Under the pieces are notes generated by a model that saw only the letters and a program-made list of their open reading frames with translations, did not search any database and was not told the DNA's origin. A DNA stretch of 56,513 bases, counting the filler, from a bacterium (GTDB lineage: Bacteria > UBP15 > UBA6099 > JAJRTR01), in the NCBI GenBank assembly GCA_024278215.1. It is 3 parts of 3 records of this genome, joined end to end, with 100 filler letters (N's around TTAATTAATTAA, not from the genome) between each part and the next. Parts side by side here need not be neighbours in the genome. Positions count along the whole stretch, not along the records: positions 31,663 to 45,261 come from JAJRTR010000022.1; positions 45,362 to 56,513 come from JAJRTR010000027.1; 1 more part is not named here. One strand, given 5' to 3'. Positions 34,843-45,362 of this stretch are shown piece by piece; positions within the stretch are counted from its first letter, which is position 1; the number at the start of each line of letters is the position of its first letter. Made by a program: the position numbers and the translations under genes.

Positions 34843-36452
34843 GACTTCACCCCCATTTCCTTTAGTGTCGAAAGCGCGGCAGCGCGCCCCGACAACAGCG
34901 AAACATTGTATCCATGCCCCATGAACGAGAAGCCGCCGCCTATTTCAAGGCCCTTGATGTATTTCTCGTCTTCTTTCGTGACCACTCTTGCGATCACGCC
35001 GTCCCATGGGTCGAGTTCATATCCGTATACGACACCTTTATATGATCTCGTGTAGCGCGCGAAGGTTGCGGGTGTGGCCACTTCGATCTCCTCGATGTGG
35101 TCCCTGATGTTCGCGCCGGTTCCGTTTTCCAACTGGTCGATGAGTCCGTTCGCGATGCGGTTTTTCACCTTGAAATAATCCTTCGGCGTAACATCGGACC
35201 ACGAATCCATGCTGAAAAGGGTAGTAATGGAAACTATCGAAGTGCCCGGAGGCGAGCAGTCCGGGATGACATTATTAAGACAAGTTGTCGCCTGCATGAT
35301 CGGAACGTCGAGAACATAAGTGGAATCATAAATTTCGTCGGTGTCCATATTTTTCGAGATGAAGTAGCCGTAATCAGTCAGTCCGAGTTCATCGAGTGTC
35401 GTGTCGAGTCCCATGTATACAACGATGCAACTTGAAGCGTGTTTCCTCGCGTTGACATTTTTCAGGGCGATTTTCGGTACTTCCGTTTTCGGGCTGATCA
35501 GATCGTTATAGACAAGCGTGGGAGAAACATTTGCGATGATTTGAGACGTGCGTATTTCGTCGCCCTGCGAAGTCCTGACGCCAGTGACTTTTCCGCGCTC
35601 GACAAGAATCTCCTCGACGCGCGTGTTGTATTCGATCCTGCCGCCGAGTTCCCTGATGCGCGATTCCATTGCCATCGTCAATTCCTGCGAGCGCATCCTG
35701 GGCACATAAGCGCCTTTTGTCATGTAGCTGATTAGCATCGCGCCCCAACTCGTGAAGGAAAGTCTGCTCATGGGCAGGCCGAGGTAGCACCAGTAAGGAT
35801 ATAGAATCGCCCGCGCCCTGTCGGGGAGTTTGTACTCGTCGGATACCTGGTCGACGGTTTTCGATATTACTCGAAGCAGGTTCATCAGTTTGCGCACAAT
35901 CGAAGCTATTTCCTCGATAGGATTATCGGAATCCCGGACAAAGCTCATGAAATCTGAAATCATCCTGTCGGGCTTCGCGCTGTCCGCAATGCCGCCGAGT
36001 ATGCCGAGAGCGCCGTTGACATCCTTGCAGAGTTCCATATATTTTGTCATGGCTTTGCGGCTGCCCGGCACTTCCGACTCGATAGTGTCGATGAGTTCTT
36101 CGATGCCGAACGGCACACGCACATTCAGGTTTTCATCGGTGAGAATCACCCTGTAGGCCTCGGGGATAGCGACCCAGTCGATATCGGTGCCTGCCTCGTC
36201 GAGAAAAACCCGCAGGCTGCCCGCGTTATCGGCGGAGCCGACATCGGCAAGTTCGTGCAGCGATGCGTCGAACTCGAACCGACCGCGCACAAAGCTCGTC
36301 GCGAAACCGCCCGGCACATTATGCTGTTCGAGCAGCAGGGTTTTTACCCCCTTGAGCGCGAGTTGCAGAGCCGCGCCGAGCCCTCCGTTGCCCGCTCCCA
36401 CTACGACCGCTTCATACGAAGGGTCCAGTATTGCTTTCCGTCTTCCCGCCAT
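34839..36452 (-). CDS. Phytoene desaturase/CrtISO/retinol saturase family FAD oxidoreductase
   Basis: VVVGAGNGG, LLEQHNVPGG, RFEFDASLH, EVATPATFARYT...GVVYG, GHG; ATGA overlap with the reductase. Confidence 0.88.
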   Translation of the reverse strand: MAGRRKAILDPSYEAVVVGAGNGGLGAALQLALKGVKTLLLEQHNVPGGFATSFVRGRFEFDASLHELADVGSADNAGSLRVFLDEAGTDIDWVAIPEAYRVILTDENLNVRVPFGIEELIDTIESEVPGSRKAMTKYMELCKDVNGALGILGGIADSAKPDRMISDFMSFVRDSDNPIEEIASIVRKLMNLLRVISKTVDQVSDEYKLPDRARAILYPYWCYLGLPMSRLSFTSWGAMLISYMTKGAYVPRMRSQELTMAMESRIRELGGRIEYNTRVEEILVERGKVTGVRTSQGDEIRTSQIIANVSPTLVYNDLISPKTEVPKIALKNVNARKHASSCIVVYMGLDTTLDELGLTDYGYFISKNMDTDEIYDSTYVLDVPIMQATTCLNNVIPDCSPPGTSIVSITTLFSMDSWSDVTPKDYFKVKNRIANGLIDQLENGTGANIRDHIEEIEVATPATFARYTRSYKGVVYGYELDPWDGVIARVVTKEDEKYIKGLEIGGGFSFMGHGYNVSLLSGRAAALSTLKEMGVKS

Positions 36453-36756
36453 CTTTCACCTCGATAATATCTTTTGGAAACCGATTTTATCCTATCCGCA
36501 GATTATTCTTTTGTCAAAACTTCTTTATCGGTGATCATGGTTATTGCGAAATATATTAATTATTCGAAGAGCAAAAAACGTAACTATATATGGATATTAA
36601 CTGAAACTTGTGATTAATACATTTATATGGACGGTATCCCCGTAAAGAGGTGATAGCGCCGGGGATATTATAATGTATCACGGATTATCCAGTATTACGC
36701 CGGAAGCGGTATTCGCGGAGGCGACTACATAAAAAGATCAAAAAACTGGAGGTAAT

Positions 36757-37833
36757 ATGAAAAGGTCAATATTCATCATCACACTCGCCGCACTCCTTAT
36801 CGGAGCGGGCAGCATGGCAAACGCTGTAAAAATGAAGGACATGAAGCTGGACGTATCACTGCTGGGCCAGTTCGGATACACGTGGAGCCAGGAAACCGGC
36901 AGCAACGATCAGCTCGACACCAACCGGCTGAGAATCAGACTGAGGGGAATGCCAACAGACGGCATCATGATCTTCGCGCAGCTCGAAGGCACAGACAATA
37001 TTTCTCCCAACGCGGCAGGAAGCAACGTTCCGGCAAATGCGCTTACGCCTTTCAGCGACGCACCGGGCAACGACAGCAGACTTGTCGATCTCTATGCAGT
37101 CATTACATACTGGGACTGGGCCACGTTCATCATCGGCCAGAGCCCCAGCCCTGTCTCTTATGAGTTGAATACCGATGAGTTCGATCTCGAGACCATCGAC
37201 TACAGCCAGTTCGCAGGTATCGGCAATCGCGACCGCGCTCTCGCCGTCCATTTCGGCCTTTCGCCCGAAGTCGGGCTCGACCTCTGGCGGCTCAACGGCA
37301 CCGGCGCCATCACCGGCGCGTACAATGACATCGACGACCGCGGCGTACTCGGGTTCAAACTCGACTGGAACCCGCCTGTCGAAGGCAAACTCAACCTGAA
37401 GGTTTTCGGCAACTACGGCTCGGCTGTCAGTCCTGCTTTCAGCAACAAAACGGAAATAGATATTGACGCCTGGGGTTTAGGTTCGGATTACAGGACAGGT
37501 CCGTTTCACCTTATGGGTGAATATGTGCAGGCCAAGATGAGCATAACCGATGAAGAAAATGCAGCAAACATTTACCCGAGTTACAAAACGAAAGAATGGT
37601 ACATCCACGGCGCGTATGACATACCGGAAACTGCGCTGCAACTCGTGCTCCGCTACGACAAATACGATCCCGACACCAACACCTCCGATGACGAAACAAA
37701 GATAACAACAACCGGTTTGAACTACAATTTCACGAAAAACGCCAGGTTGCAAGTCATGCACGAATTCGTCCAGGTTCCAAAATCATTGACGAAAGACGAC
37801 AACACGGAAATTCAGCTTTCGGTCAGGTACTGA
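36757..37833 (+). CDS. Outer-membrane porin (OprO/OprP-like)
   Basis: RBS GGAGGT; signal peptide; RLRIRLRG, LVDLY, RDR, LRYDKYDPD, GLNYNF; terminal aromatic residue (QLSVRY). Confidence 0.78.
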   Translation: MKRSIFIITLAALLIGAGSMANAVKMKDMKLDVSLLGQFGYTWSQETGSNDQLDTNRLRIRLRGMPTDGIMIFAQLEGTDNISPNAAGSNVPANALTPFSDAPGNDSRLVDLYAVITYWDWATFIIGQSPSPVSYELNTDEFDLETIDYSQFAGIGNRDRALAVHFGLSPEVGLDLWRLNGTGAITGAYNDIDDRGVLGFKLDWNPPVEGKLNLKVFGNYGSAVSPAFSNKTEIDIDAWGLGSDYRTGPFHLMGEYVQAKMSITDEENAANIYPSYKTKEWYIHGAYDIPETALQLVLRYDKYDPDTNTSDDETKITTTGLNYNFTKNARLQVMHEFVQVPKSLTKDDNTEIQLSVRY

Positions 37834-37856
37834 TCGTCTGAACAGCAAACAGCAAC

Positions 37857-37889
37857 AAAAAAGGCGCCGGGTGTCCGGCGTCTTTTTTT
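37857..37889. terminator. Bidirectional intrinsic terminator
   Basis: aaaaaaggcgccgg-gtgt-ccggcgtcttttttt between convergent genes. Confidence 0.85.
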
Positions 37890-37944
37890 GCTTATGCGCC
37901 CTCCAGGGCGCATAAGATTTTATCAGATGTATTATCCGGTTCCT

Positions 37945-39792
37945 TCAATAATCCAGAATTACGTCCAGTGCGCTCCTGTCGGCGTTCCGAATCGCCGCGA
38001 CAATCGACGACACTTCGGGCAGAACATTAAAAATAAAGAACGAAGCTGTTTTTATCTTATTATGATAAAAGGTCGCGTTCGGACTGTCTTTCACTACCTC
38101 GTTTTTGGCCTCATCATCCGCCGCGTCTTTTTCGTCGAATATCGCATCAAGTTTTTCGTTTGCTATAACCGCCTGCTGGAGCAGGTTGTACGCCAGCACA
38201 ACGTGGCCGAACATGTTCAGGAACGGCGTGGCGTTCAGCACCGGTATGAGAACCTCTTTTGTTGCTCCGAGTTGCTGGAACTGAGTCACGCAGCCGACCA
38301 GCGCATCTCTGGCAGCCGTGAATTGCTTGAACAGCGGTGCGAGTGATTCATGTTTTTCGTTAGCTGCAACAAATTGGTTTATATCCATCAAGTACGACAT
38401 AAGGGCCATGCCGCCCTTCATGCCAAGTTTGCGGCCCACGAGGTCGAGCGCCTGTATGCCGTTGCAGCCTTCATAAATCGAGGCGGCCTTCACGTCGCGC
38501 ATCTGCTGCTCGACAGGATATTCCGCGGTGTAGCCGTAACCGCCGTGCACCATCATCGCGAGGTCGGCACATTTAAAACCGATATCGGTACCGTATCCCT
38601 TTATTACTGGAGTAAGTATGGCCAGCAAGTCGTCGGCTTTATCCCGAACCGCCTTATCTCCGGATTTTAGAAGATCTGTCTGGAGAGCCGCGAATAGAAT
38701 AAGCGACCTGAGACCTTCCGTATATGATTTCATCAGCATGAGGCTGCGCCGGATGTCGGGGTGGTTGACAATCGGCACACGCTCGGCGTACGCGTTCCGC
38801 ATCTCTCTTATGTCGACGCCCTGTATGCGTTCGTGAGCATACTGCCGGGCATATTCGAGGCAGGCCGCGCCCTGAGCGAGTCCTTGCAGTCCGCACGAGA
38901 TGCGCGCTTCGTTCATCATGTGGAACATGTAGACAATGCCTTTGTTTTCTTCGCCGATGAGTTGGCCGCGGCACCTGCCGTTCTCTCCGAAATTCATCAC
39001 GCATGTGGGCGAACCGTGCAGGCCCATCTTGTGTTCGATGCCGCCGCATACGACATCGTTCGGCTCGCCTGCCGTGCCGTCTTCGTTTATCCTGTTTTTC
39101 GGCACAATGAAAAGGCTGATTCCCTTTATTCCTTTCGGTGCGCCCTCCACTCGCGCAAGCACGAGGTGGATTATATTATCGGTCAGATCATGTTCCGCGC
39201 TCGTTATGAAACATTTCGTGCCGGAGATGAGGTATTCGTCGCCGTCTTTGACGGCCCTGGTAGACAGATCACCCACGGCAGTGCCCGCTCCGGGTTCGGT
39301 GAGACACATTGTGCCGCTCCACTCTCCGGAAGTAAGTTTTTCGCAGAATGTCGCTTTCTGTTCTTCGGTACCGAACTCCTCGATCACCGCGCAGTTTCCG
39401 CGCGAAAGACCCACTGTGAACATAAATGAAACACATGCCGCCGTGAAAGCCTCGCTTGCCGCGATGCCGACCGAAGTCGGGAAACCGCCCCCGCCGTATT
39501 CCGGGCTCGATCCGATGGAAGCCCATCCGTTTTCTGTTAGTTTCCTGTATGTGTCTTTGAATTCCTGCGGCAGCGTCACAACACCGTTCTCGAACTTCGC
39601 GCCGACTGTATCGCCTATGGCATTGAGGGGCTCGACCTCTTTGAGCGCAAAATTGTGTGCCTCGGTGATCACCATGTCGTAGTCTTCGCGCGTGAAATCC
39701 TTGAAATCATCTATCTCCGCGTAAGCTTTTTCCACATCGAGTTGTTCGTAAAGAATGAAATCGATATCCCTGCGGTTGATCTTTAAAGCCAT
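37945..39792 (-). CDS. Acyl-CoA dehydrogenase (long, about 600-aa type)
   Basis: TMCLTEPGAG, GTKCFIT, GISLFIVPK, EHKMGLHGSPTC, MMNEAR, HGGYGY, IYEGCNGIQALDL. Confidence 0.93.
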   Translation of the reverse strand: MALKINRRDIDFILYEQLDVEKAYAEIDDFKDFTREDYDMVITEAHNFALKEVEPLNAIGDTVGAKFENGVVTLPQEFKDTYRKLTENGWASIGSSPEYGGGGFPTSVGIAASEAFTAACVSFMFTVGLSRGNCAVIEEFGTEEQKATFCEKLTSGEWSGTMCLTEPGAGTAVGDLSTRAVKDGDEYLISGTKCFITSAEHDLTDNIIHLVLARVEGAPKGIKGISLFIVPKNRINEDGTAGEPNDVVCGGIEHKMGLHGSPTCVMNFGENGRCRGQLIGEENKGIVYMFHMMNEARISCGLQGLAQGAACLEYARQYAHERIQGVDIREMRNAYAERVPIVNHPDIRRSLMLMKSYTEGLRSLILFAALQTDLLKSGDKAVRDKADDLLAILTPVIKGYGTDIGFKCADLAMMVHGGYGYTAEYPVEQQMRDVKAASIYEGCNGIQALDLVGRKLGMKGGMALMSYLMDINQFVAANEKHESLAPLFKQFTAARDALVGCVTQFQQLGATKEVLIPVLNATPFLNMFGHVVLAYNLLQQAVIANEKLDAIFDEKDAADDEAKNEVVKDSPNATFYHNKIKTASFFIFNVLPEVSSIVAAIRNADRSALDVILDY

Positions 39793-39838
39793 AATGATCC
39801 TCCCCCGGCTGTTGTTGTTTTCAGCCCGACAATCTATG

Positions 39839-40017
39839 GAGCCAATTTCAAAACTCCAATTCTGCTGCGGTCGTCTGCAATTGTCTATTGTCGAGTTGTC
39901 GCCCCAAAATCGTCCTCATCGTACTCTGCGAGTACGTCTGCGGGGATTTTGCACCTCTCGTCTTGCTATCAACAATTCCGCTCGTCCTCGCCGCGAACAT
40001 AATTTTGCAATTGGCTC
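39839..40017 (-). mobile_element. Family-A MITE, complete but diverged reverse copy (179 bp)
   Basis: gagccaatttcaaaact...aattttgcaattggctc; interior is the reverse complement of 15026-15203; no intact target duplication. Confidence 0.82.
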
Positions 40018-40135
40018 TTGCGCGCAAATCATCAGTAAAGTTAATGTATCACGTTCCAGAAAAACACGTTAAGTGTAGAATAAAGTGCTGGATTCCGACT
40101 TCGCCGTTACGTCAGATAAAAAACGGCAAACAGTC

Positions 40136-40642
40136 TTACTCGATCTCCGCAGCGGTCCGGCCCAGGCGCTGAACTCCACTGAGACCGGCGAGCGATCTCA
40201 CTGCTTCAACAAACTGTTCAGCCTGTTCCGGGTTTCCGATCCAGTTATCCTGTATAACTTCCTCATCAAGATTGCTTATCATTATACCGATACTGTAAAT
40301 CAGGTAGCCGATTATGACGACATCGTCCATCAGTGCGATAGGTCCGATAAGTTCCATCAGCAGCACATCCGCCGGAGTAATCAGCAATGTTACAAGCACG
40401 CCGATCTTGATCTTTTCGCTGATCGGCACACGTTTATCAAATGTTATATTGAGCGCAAACATGACAAGGCTCGGCAGGAACTCGATAGTCTCCATAATTC
40501 CTTTCGCTATGTCGCGTGCATCGTCCTCGTCAGCCTTCTTCGACAGAGACACTGCGAGGTCCGCCGCACGCTCCGCTGCTTTTTCATTAGATTCTTCAAG
40601 TTGTTCTCTGAGCTTTTTCAGCCATCTTAACCTGACACTCAT
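40136..40642 (-). CDS. YkvA/DUF1232 family membrane protein
   Basis: DKRVPISEK...LITPADVL...IGPIALMDDVVI...IQDNW; RBS GGAGG. Confidence 0.75.
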   Translation of the reverse strand: MSVRLRWLKKLREQLEESNEKAAERAADLAVSLSKKADEDDARDIAKGIMETIEFLPSLVMFALNITFDKRVPISEKIKIGVLVTLLITPADVLLMELIGPIALMDDVVIIGYLIYSIGIMISNLDEEVIQDNWIGNPEQAEQFVEAVRSLAGLSGVQRLGRTAAEIE

Positions 40643-41084
40643 TTCGCCCTCCGAAATTTCATTATTCCTTTGCCTTCTTTGACATTACCACTTTTTCAAT
40701 CGTGAAGCAAGCATAAAAGCCGTCAAACGGCAAGTGCTGATCACAAATTGTGTTCTGTCGAGCCGATCGTGCTATTCTGATTATTCTGTCGCGTCCGTCG
40801 GCTGGTCGGTCTGTTATGCGCCGGTATTATTATGCGGAAATTGCACGATTGCTTCATTATTTCAACATAATTTTGCAGTCGTCTCAATAAATTTTCCGTC
40901 ATAAGATTTCTTGTGTATAATAGCGTTGATATTGCAATGTTTTTTTCTTGAGAAATCATGGACGCATCTCTATGAGAACCGGGTGCCCGACATTTTCGCA
41001 TTTCATGACGACGGACACATAACGGATACATGCCGGATGCGAAAAACGTTCAACATCTTTCAATAATGGAATGGCGGCACGTCA

Positions 41085-42755
41085 ATGAAATATTTTAAAA
41101 TATCGGCAGCTTTGCTTATCATCGGCCTGGCAGTTGTTTTATATTTACCGACTATCAATTATGACTTCGTTTATGATGATTATACCCTGATTGTAAATAA
41201 TCATGATATTCAGGAGTTCAATGTCGAAAGTATTAAAACACTTTTTTTTAACAGGAACACTGTTAATTTTCTGCCTGCGCGTATGTTCGTATACGCTTTA
41301 ATTTATCATTACAATCAGTTGAATCCTGTGCCGTATCATATTGTCAATATCATTTTACACGCGTTGAACTCCCTTCTGGTATTCGGCATAACGTGCCTGA
41401 TAGCAGGAGGCATGGGCAGGAATGGAAAGGGAGCTGAAACCGCGGGCGCAGTTTTCGCGGGCGTGGTGGCTGCCCTGATATTCGCCGCACATCCGCTACA
41501 TGTCGAGGCAGTCACATGGGTATCCGGATTAAAAGACGTGCTTTCGACATTTTTCTGCCTTGCAGGTTTTATTGCATACTTAACATATCGCATAAAAGGT
41601 GATTCCGGCGGATTCAGGGCAGGCTATATGATTGCCCTGATAGCATTTATTTTTGCAGTTCTTTCCAAGGCCACCGCTCTCCCGTTCCCGTTTGCATTGC
41701 TGTTCTTCGACATAATATTTGCCGAAACAGCACGCAGGACCGAGCTGTCGCAGAGGATTCAGGAACATGTTTTTCTTTTTATCGTTATGGGTGGACTGTT
41801 CACGCTGAACTATGTGATGGCACAGAAAAATCTGATGATCGAGAATGTTGTCGGCGGCGGTATGTTTTTACATGTGCTGACAATAGTAAAAATCATCCCG
41901 TTTTATTTGCTCAAAATTATCTGGCCCGTCGATCTGAGCATTATATATGATATTCCCGCGGCGAGTTCATTGCTCGACCCTGCCGTCATAATATCTTTAC
42001 TTGCGCTGGTACTCCTGACAGCATTTATTATTTATTTCAGAAAGCGAAATCCTGCGCTTTCGTTCGGAACGGGCTTTTTTGTAATCATGCTGGGGCCGAC
42101 ACTGAACGTAATACCATTCGGAACACTCGCCGCGGACAGGTATGTGTACCTGCCGCTGTTTGGAATATGCCTTGCCGCCGGAGTTGTCGCCGGAGAGATG
42201 TTCGACAGAGGAGTTGTTCCCAGGGCGGTAGCGGCGGCGCTTGTCATAGTGGTCGGGGCCGGTATGATCTACGGTGTGGAGAAGAGAAACCCCGACTGGC
42301 GCGACCCGATCAGCCTGTGGGAATCCACAGTCGAGACAGTGCCGGAATCTGCAAAGGCGCTGGCGAGCCTCGGGGGCGCATATCTCAGGGAAAAGCGTTT
42401 CGACGACGCTATGAATGTATTCCGGAGAGCGCTGAAGGCCGATAAAACATTTCCGGCGACATACGTGGGAATGGGGTTATATTATCTCACGAAGAATGAA
42501 AACATGAAAGCGCTGAATATATTGCAGGAGGGTCTGAAATACGGCTCTGGTAATATAAACCTTCTTTATCACATCGGTATCGCGTATTACAATCTTGGCG
42601 AATACCTGTCCGCCGTAAGGGTGTTTGCTGCTGTGGATTCGGCAAAGCCCAATTACAAAAGTGTCGGTCGATACATGCAGCTTACGCTCAGCGAATTAAA
42701 GAAAGAACTTTCGAGAGAAGATTTCATGAACTTGATTATGTCGATTCAGATGTGA
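41085..42755 (+). CDS. TMTC-like membrane glycosyltransferase with TPR repeats
   Basis: FVYDD, YHIVNIILH, FAAHPLHVEAVTWVSG, LSKAT, ADRYVYLP, WRDPISLW, then TPRs. Confidence 0.88.
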   Translation: MKYFKISAALLIIGLAVVLYLPTINYDFVYDDYTLIVNNHDIQEFNVESIKTLFFNRNTVNFLPARMFVYALIYHYNQLNPVPYHIVNIILHALNSLLVFGITCLIAGGMGRNGKGAETAGAVFAGVVAALIFAAHPLHVEAVTWVSGLKDVLSTFFCLAGFIAYLTYRIKGDSGGFRAGYMIALIAFIFAVLSKATALPFPFALLFFDIIFAETARRTELSQRIQEHVFLFIVMGGLFTLNYVMAQKNLMIENVVGGGMFLHVLTIVKIIPFYLLKIIWPVDLSIIYDIPAASSLLDPAVIISLLALVLLTAFIIYFRKRNPALSFGTGFFVIMLGPTLNVIPFGTLAADRYVYLPLFGICLAAGVVAGEMFDRGVVPRAVAAALVIVVGAGMIYGVEKRNPDWRDPISLWESTVETVPESAKALASLGGAYLREKRFDDAMNVFRRALKADKTFPATYVGMGLYYLTKNENMKALNILQEGLKYGSGNINLLYHIGIAYYNLGEYLSAVRVFAAVDSAKPNYKSVGRYMQLTLSELKKELSREDFMNLIMSIQM

Positions 42756-42918
42756 ACCACATCATTTCGAGTTGCATTTTCCAACATAGAAAAATGGGTT
42801 CCCGTCATGCGGGCGGGAATCCATTCTCAATGCCGCGACCGTAATCTCACAACTTCACTTCGGCGAAAAATGACATGAGGGCTTTCCGTAACACAATGGT
42901 TGAGCCTCCTCCGTCAGG

Positions 42919-43320
42919 CTATTCGAATAAACGGCTTTCCGGCTTATGATCTACAAGAAAACGCACCTGTTCCAAGAGATATTTTGAATCGAAAGGTTTT
43001 GTAATATAGCGCTTTGCGCCGGAAATGAAAGAAGCTAATTTTGTCTGTAAATCGCATTTTGAAGTAACGAATATTATCGGTATATTTTTCAGAAGTTCGT
43101 CATTGTTGACCTCGCGGCTTACATGTATTCCGTCGACATCGGGAAGTCCGATGTCGAGAAGAATCAAATCAGGGGAAACCTCACCCGCAAGCTTAAGCCC
43201 CTGTTGCCCGCTGTATGCAGGGATCGGCCTGTAGCCGTCATCCGCCAGTTCCGCACAGATCAAATCATTCAAGTATTGCTCATCCTCTATCACAAGTATG
43301 ACCTTTTCATGTCGAAGCAT
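42919..43320 (-). CDS. Single-domain response regulator
   Basis: LVIEDE, DLILLDIGLPDVDG, FVTS, YITKPF. Confidence 0.92.
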   Translation of the reverse strand: MLRHEKVILVIEDEQYLNDLICAELADDGYRPIPAYSGQQGLKLAGEVSPDLILLDIGLPDVDGIHVSREVNNDELLKNIPIIFVTSKCDLQTKLASFISGAKRYITKPFDSKYLLEQVRFLVDHKPESRLFE

Positions 43321-43470
43321 TTATCACACAACCATCCTCCGATTATATCCCGGATTAAATATTCTCCTGATATGTTGGGACAGTCGATACTGTTTGAAAG
43401 TTCCTGAAAACAGTAAAATACTTGTGGTTCGTGAATTTTCAAGCGGGTTTTCGTTCATTCGTTACATGGT

Positions 43471-44892
43471 TCAACCATGCGACATGCTCTGCGTCAAAGG
43501 CAAGATTATTTCAGCCGTAGTGCCGCTACCATCACAGTTGCCGAACAGATTCAATTTTCCGTCATGAGCTTCTACAATCAATTTCGCTGAAAACAGGCCC
43601 AGTCCGGTACCCGGTGCCATTTTCTCCGTTCGCGGCAGCCGGGTGAAAGGCTGGAATATGTCTTTGATCTCATCACTTTCGATTCCGGCACCTTCATCTT
43701 TTATCTTTATTGATACGTCGGCATCTTTCTTTTCCACGCTCACTGTTACCGTGGTGTTTTCCGGACTGTATTTGACTGCATTGGATAATAAGTTCTCGAA
43801 AACTCTTTTCAGTCTGTGTGTGTCACCCTGCATTACGCATTCCGAGTCGCCTACTATCGAAAACCGGTAGTTTTTTACAAGTTCACTCTGCACTTTTACA
43901 ATATCCCGAATGAGCGACAACAACTCGAACTCCTCTATCTGCAATTTGAAACTGCCCGATTCCAAATGGAGTGTTTCCATCAAATTGCCGATCAGATTAT
44001 CAATATATTCAGACTTTTCGATAATACGTTCCAGCCATAAAGCTTCATCACCTGATGCGGGTATCTTCCTCTTTATTCTTCGAGCCGCAAGTGTTATCAC
44101 ACTTAACGGGTTTCTTAAATCATGAGCTATGACCGCGATAAAATTCATCCGTTCGTTCTCGAGGCGGCATATCCCGTCCGCCATGTCGTTGAAAGCGTTG
44201 CACAACATTCCGATCTCATCGTCATGGTAGACCGGCACTCTTACAAAAAAGTCGCCTTGTCCGATCTTTTCCGTACTTCGCATGAGGGCATACGTAGGAC
44301 GCATAATTCTGTTCAAGACGGCCAGTGAACCCGCCGCGAGCACGAGAGCCATGGAAATAATAAGTATCATCGACCAACGATCTATTAGAGAATCGAGTTT
44401 GTCGCTTGACGCGATAGTGCGATCGAGCTGTTTTCTTTCAAGGTTTCTGTAATTCTCGACAGCTTTAAGCAAATTGTCCGCTGTATATATTGTTCCAGTG
44501 ACCGATTGATGATTTTCAGCAATTTTTATGGCTTTGTAAATTTCATATTGATTTTCGACATCGTTCAGAACATTTCTGTTTTCAGGGAGGACTGAAATTC
44601 TACTTATCTCTCCAACAAGTTTATCCGCTTCCATCAGATTTATAGTTGACTTATGTTTCTTCTTTGTTACCTGCGACGATAAAGACCGGCTCTGTTCCTT
44701 AATTATCTCGATAACCAGCCGGTGCCCCAATTCCAGCGCTCTGGAATCTATAAGTATCCGATTGTTCATGCTCTGAAGTTTTTTCGTCATTAACACCAGT
44801 GATAGAGATAGAACAATGAAGCATATTATCATTGCTCCAGCCCCAAAAGCTACAAGATACCTGATGTTGATTCTTGCTGGTTTAATACGCAT
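43471..44892 (-). CDS. HAMP-domain sensor histidine kinase
   Basis: Two TM segments, DEIGML..AFNDM HAMP, AHDLRNPL, NLLSNAVKY, DEGAGI, GTGLGL. Confidence 0.92.
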   Translation of the reverse strand: MRIKPARINIRYLVAFGAGAMIICFIVLSLSLVLMTKKLQSMNNRILIDSRALELGHRLVIEIIKEQSRSLSSQVTKKKHKSTINLMEADKLVGEISRISVLPENRNVLNDVENQYEIYKAIKIAENHQSVTGTIYTADNLLKAVENYRNLERKQLDRTIASSDKLDSLIDRWSMILIISMALVLAAGSLAVLNRIMRPTYALMRSTEKIGQGDFFVRVPVYHDDEIGMLCNAFNDMADGICRLENERMNFIAVIAHDLRNPLSVITLAARRIKRKIPASGDEALWLERIIEKSEYIDNLIGNLMETLHLESGSFKLQIEEFELLSLIRDIVKVQSELVKNYRFSIVGDSECVMQGDTHRLKRVFENLLSNAVKYSPENTTVTVSVEKKDADVSIKIKDEGAGIESDEIKDIFQPFTRLPRTEKMAPGTGLGLFSAKLIVEAHDGKLNLFGNCDGSGTTAEIILPLTQSMSHG

Positions 44893-45145
44893 GGTTGTGT
44901 ATCCTTAATAATATAAATTAGACAAAACAGATTAGAAATTGTTCAAAATTACTGATATTTCATCAGTGTCGGAAAAACCATGATTGTCGAGATTTATGGG
45001 TTAACAGCAACACAGCGGCAGGATGAAGAACGCTGTATCTGTTCACAGGTAACTGTTCGCAATAGAACATCTGGAATGCCTGGAATGCAAACAGTTGCAG
45101 AATGCCACCGGGCACGATCTGGAATTTATGAGAGATCATTTATAA

Positions 45146-45261
45146 GAGCCAATTGCAAAATTCTGATTCGGCTGCGGTCGGCTGCAATTGTCAACATCTG
45201 CATTGTCGGCACAAAATCTTCCTCGACGTACTCTACAAGTACGCCTGCGGGGATTTTGCAC
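45146..45261 (-). mobile_element. Family-A MITE, reverse copy broken by the contig end
   Basis: gagccaattgcaaaattctgattc...gtacgcctgcggggattttgcac runs into the N linker. Confidence 0.82.
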
Positions 45262-45361
45262 NNNNNNNNNNNNNNNNNNNNNNNNNNNNNNNNNNNNNNN
45301 NNNNNTTAATTAATTAANNNNNNNNNNNNNNNNNNNNNNNNNNNNNNNNNNNNNNNNNNNN
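45262..45361. other. Artificial contig linker
   Basis: Same 100-nt N/TTAATTAATTAA/N structure. Confidence 0.97.
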
Positions 45362-45362
45362 C

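Noticed and set aside
34839-36452. Carotenoid biosynthesis gene crtI
   Set aside because: Only family-level motifs; no phytoene synthase or other crt genes nearby.
36630-36730. Riboswitch upstream of the porin
   Set aside because: An inverted repeat (tatccccg / cggggata) exists, but I could not match conserved cores of known riboswitch classes.
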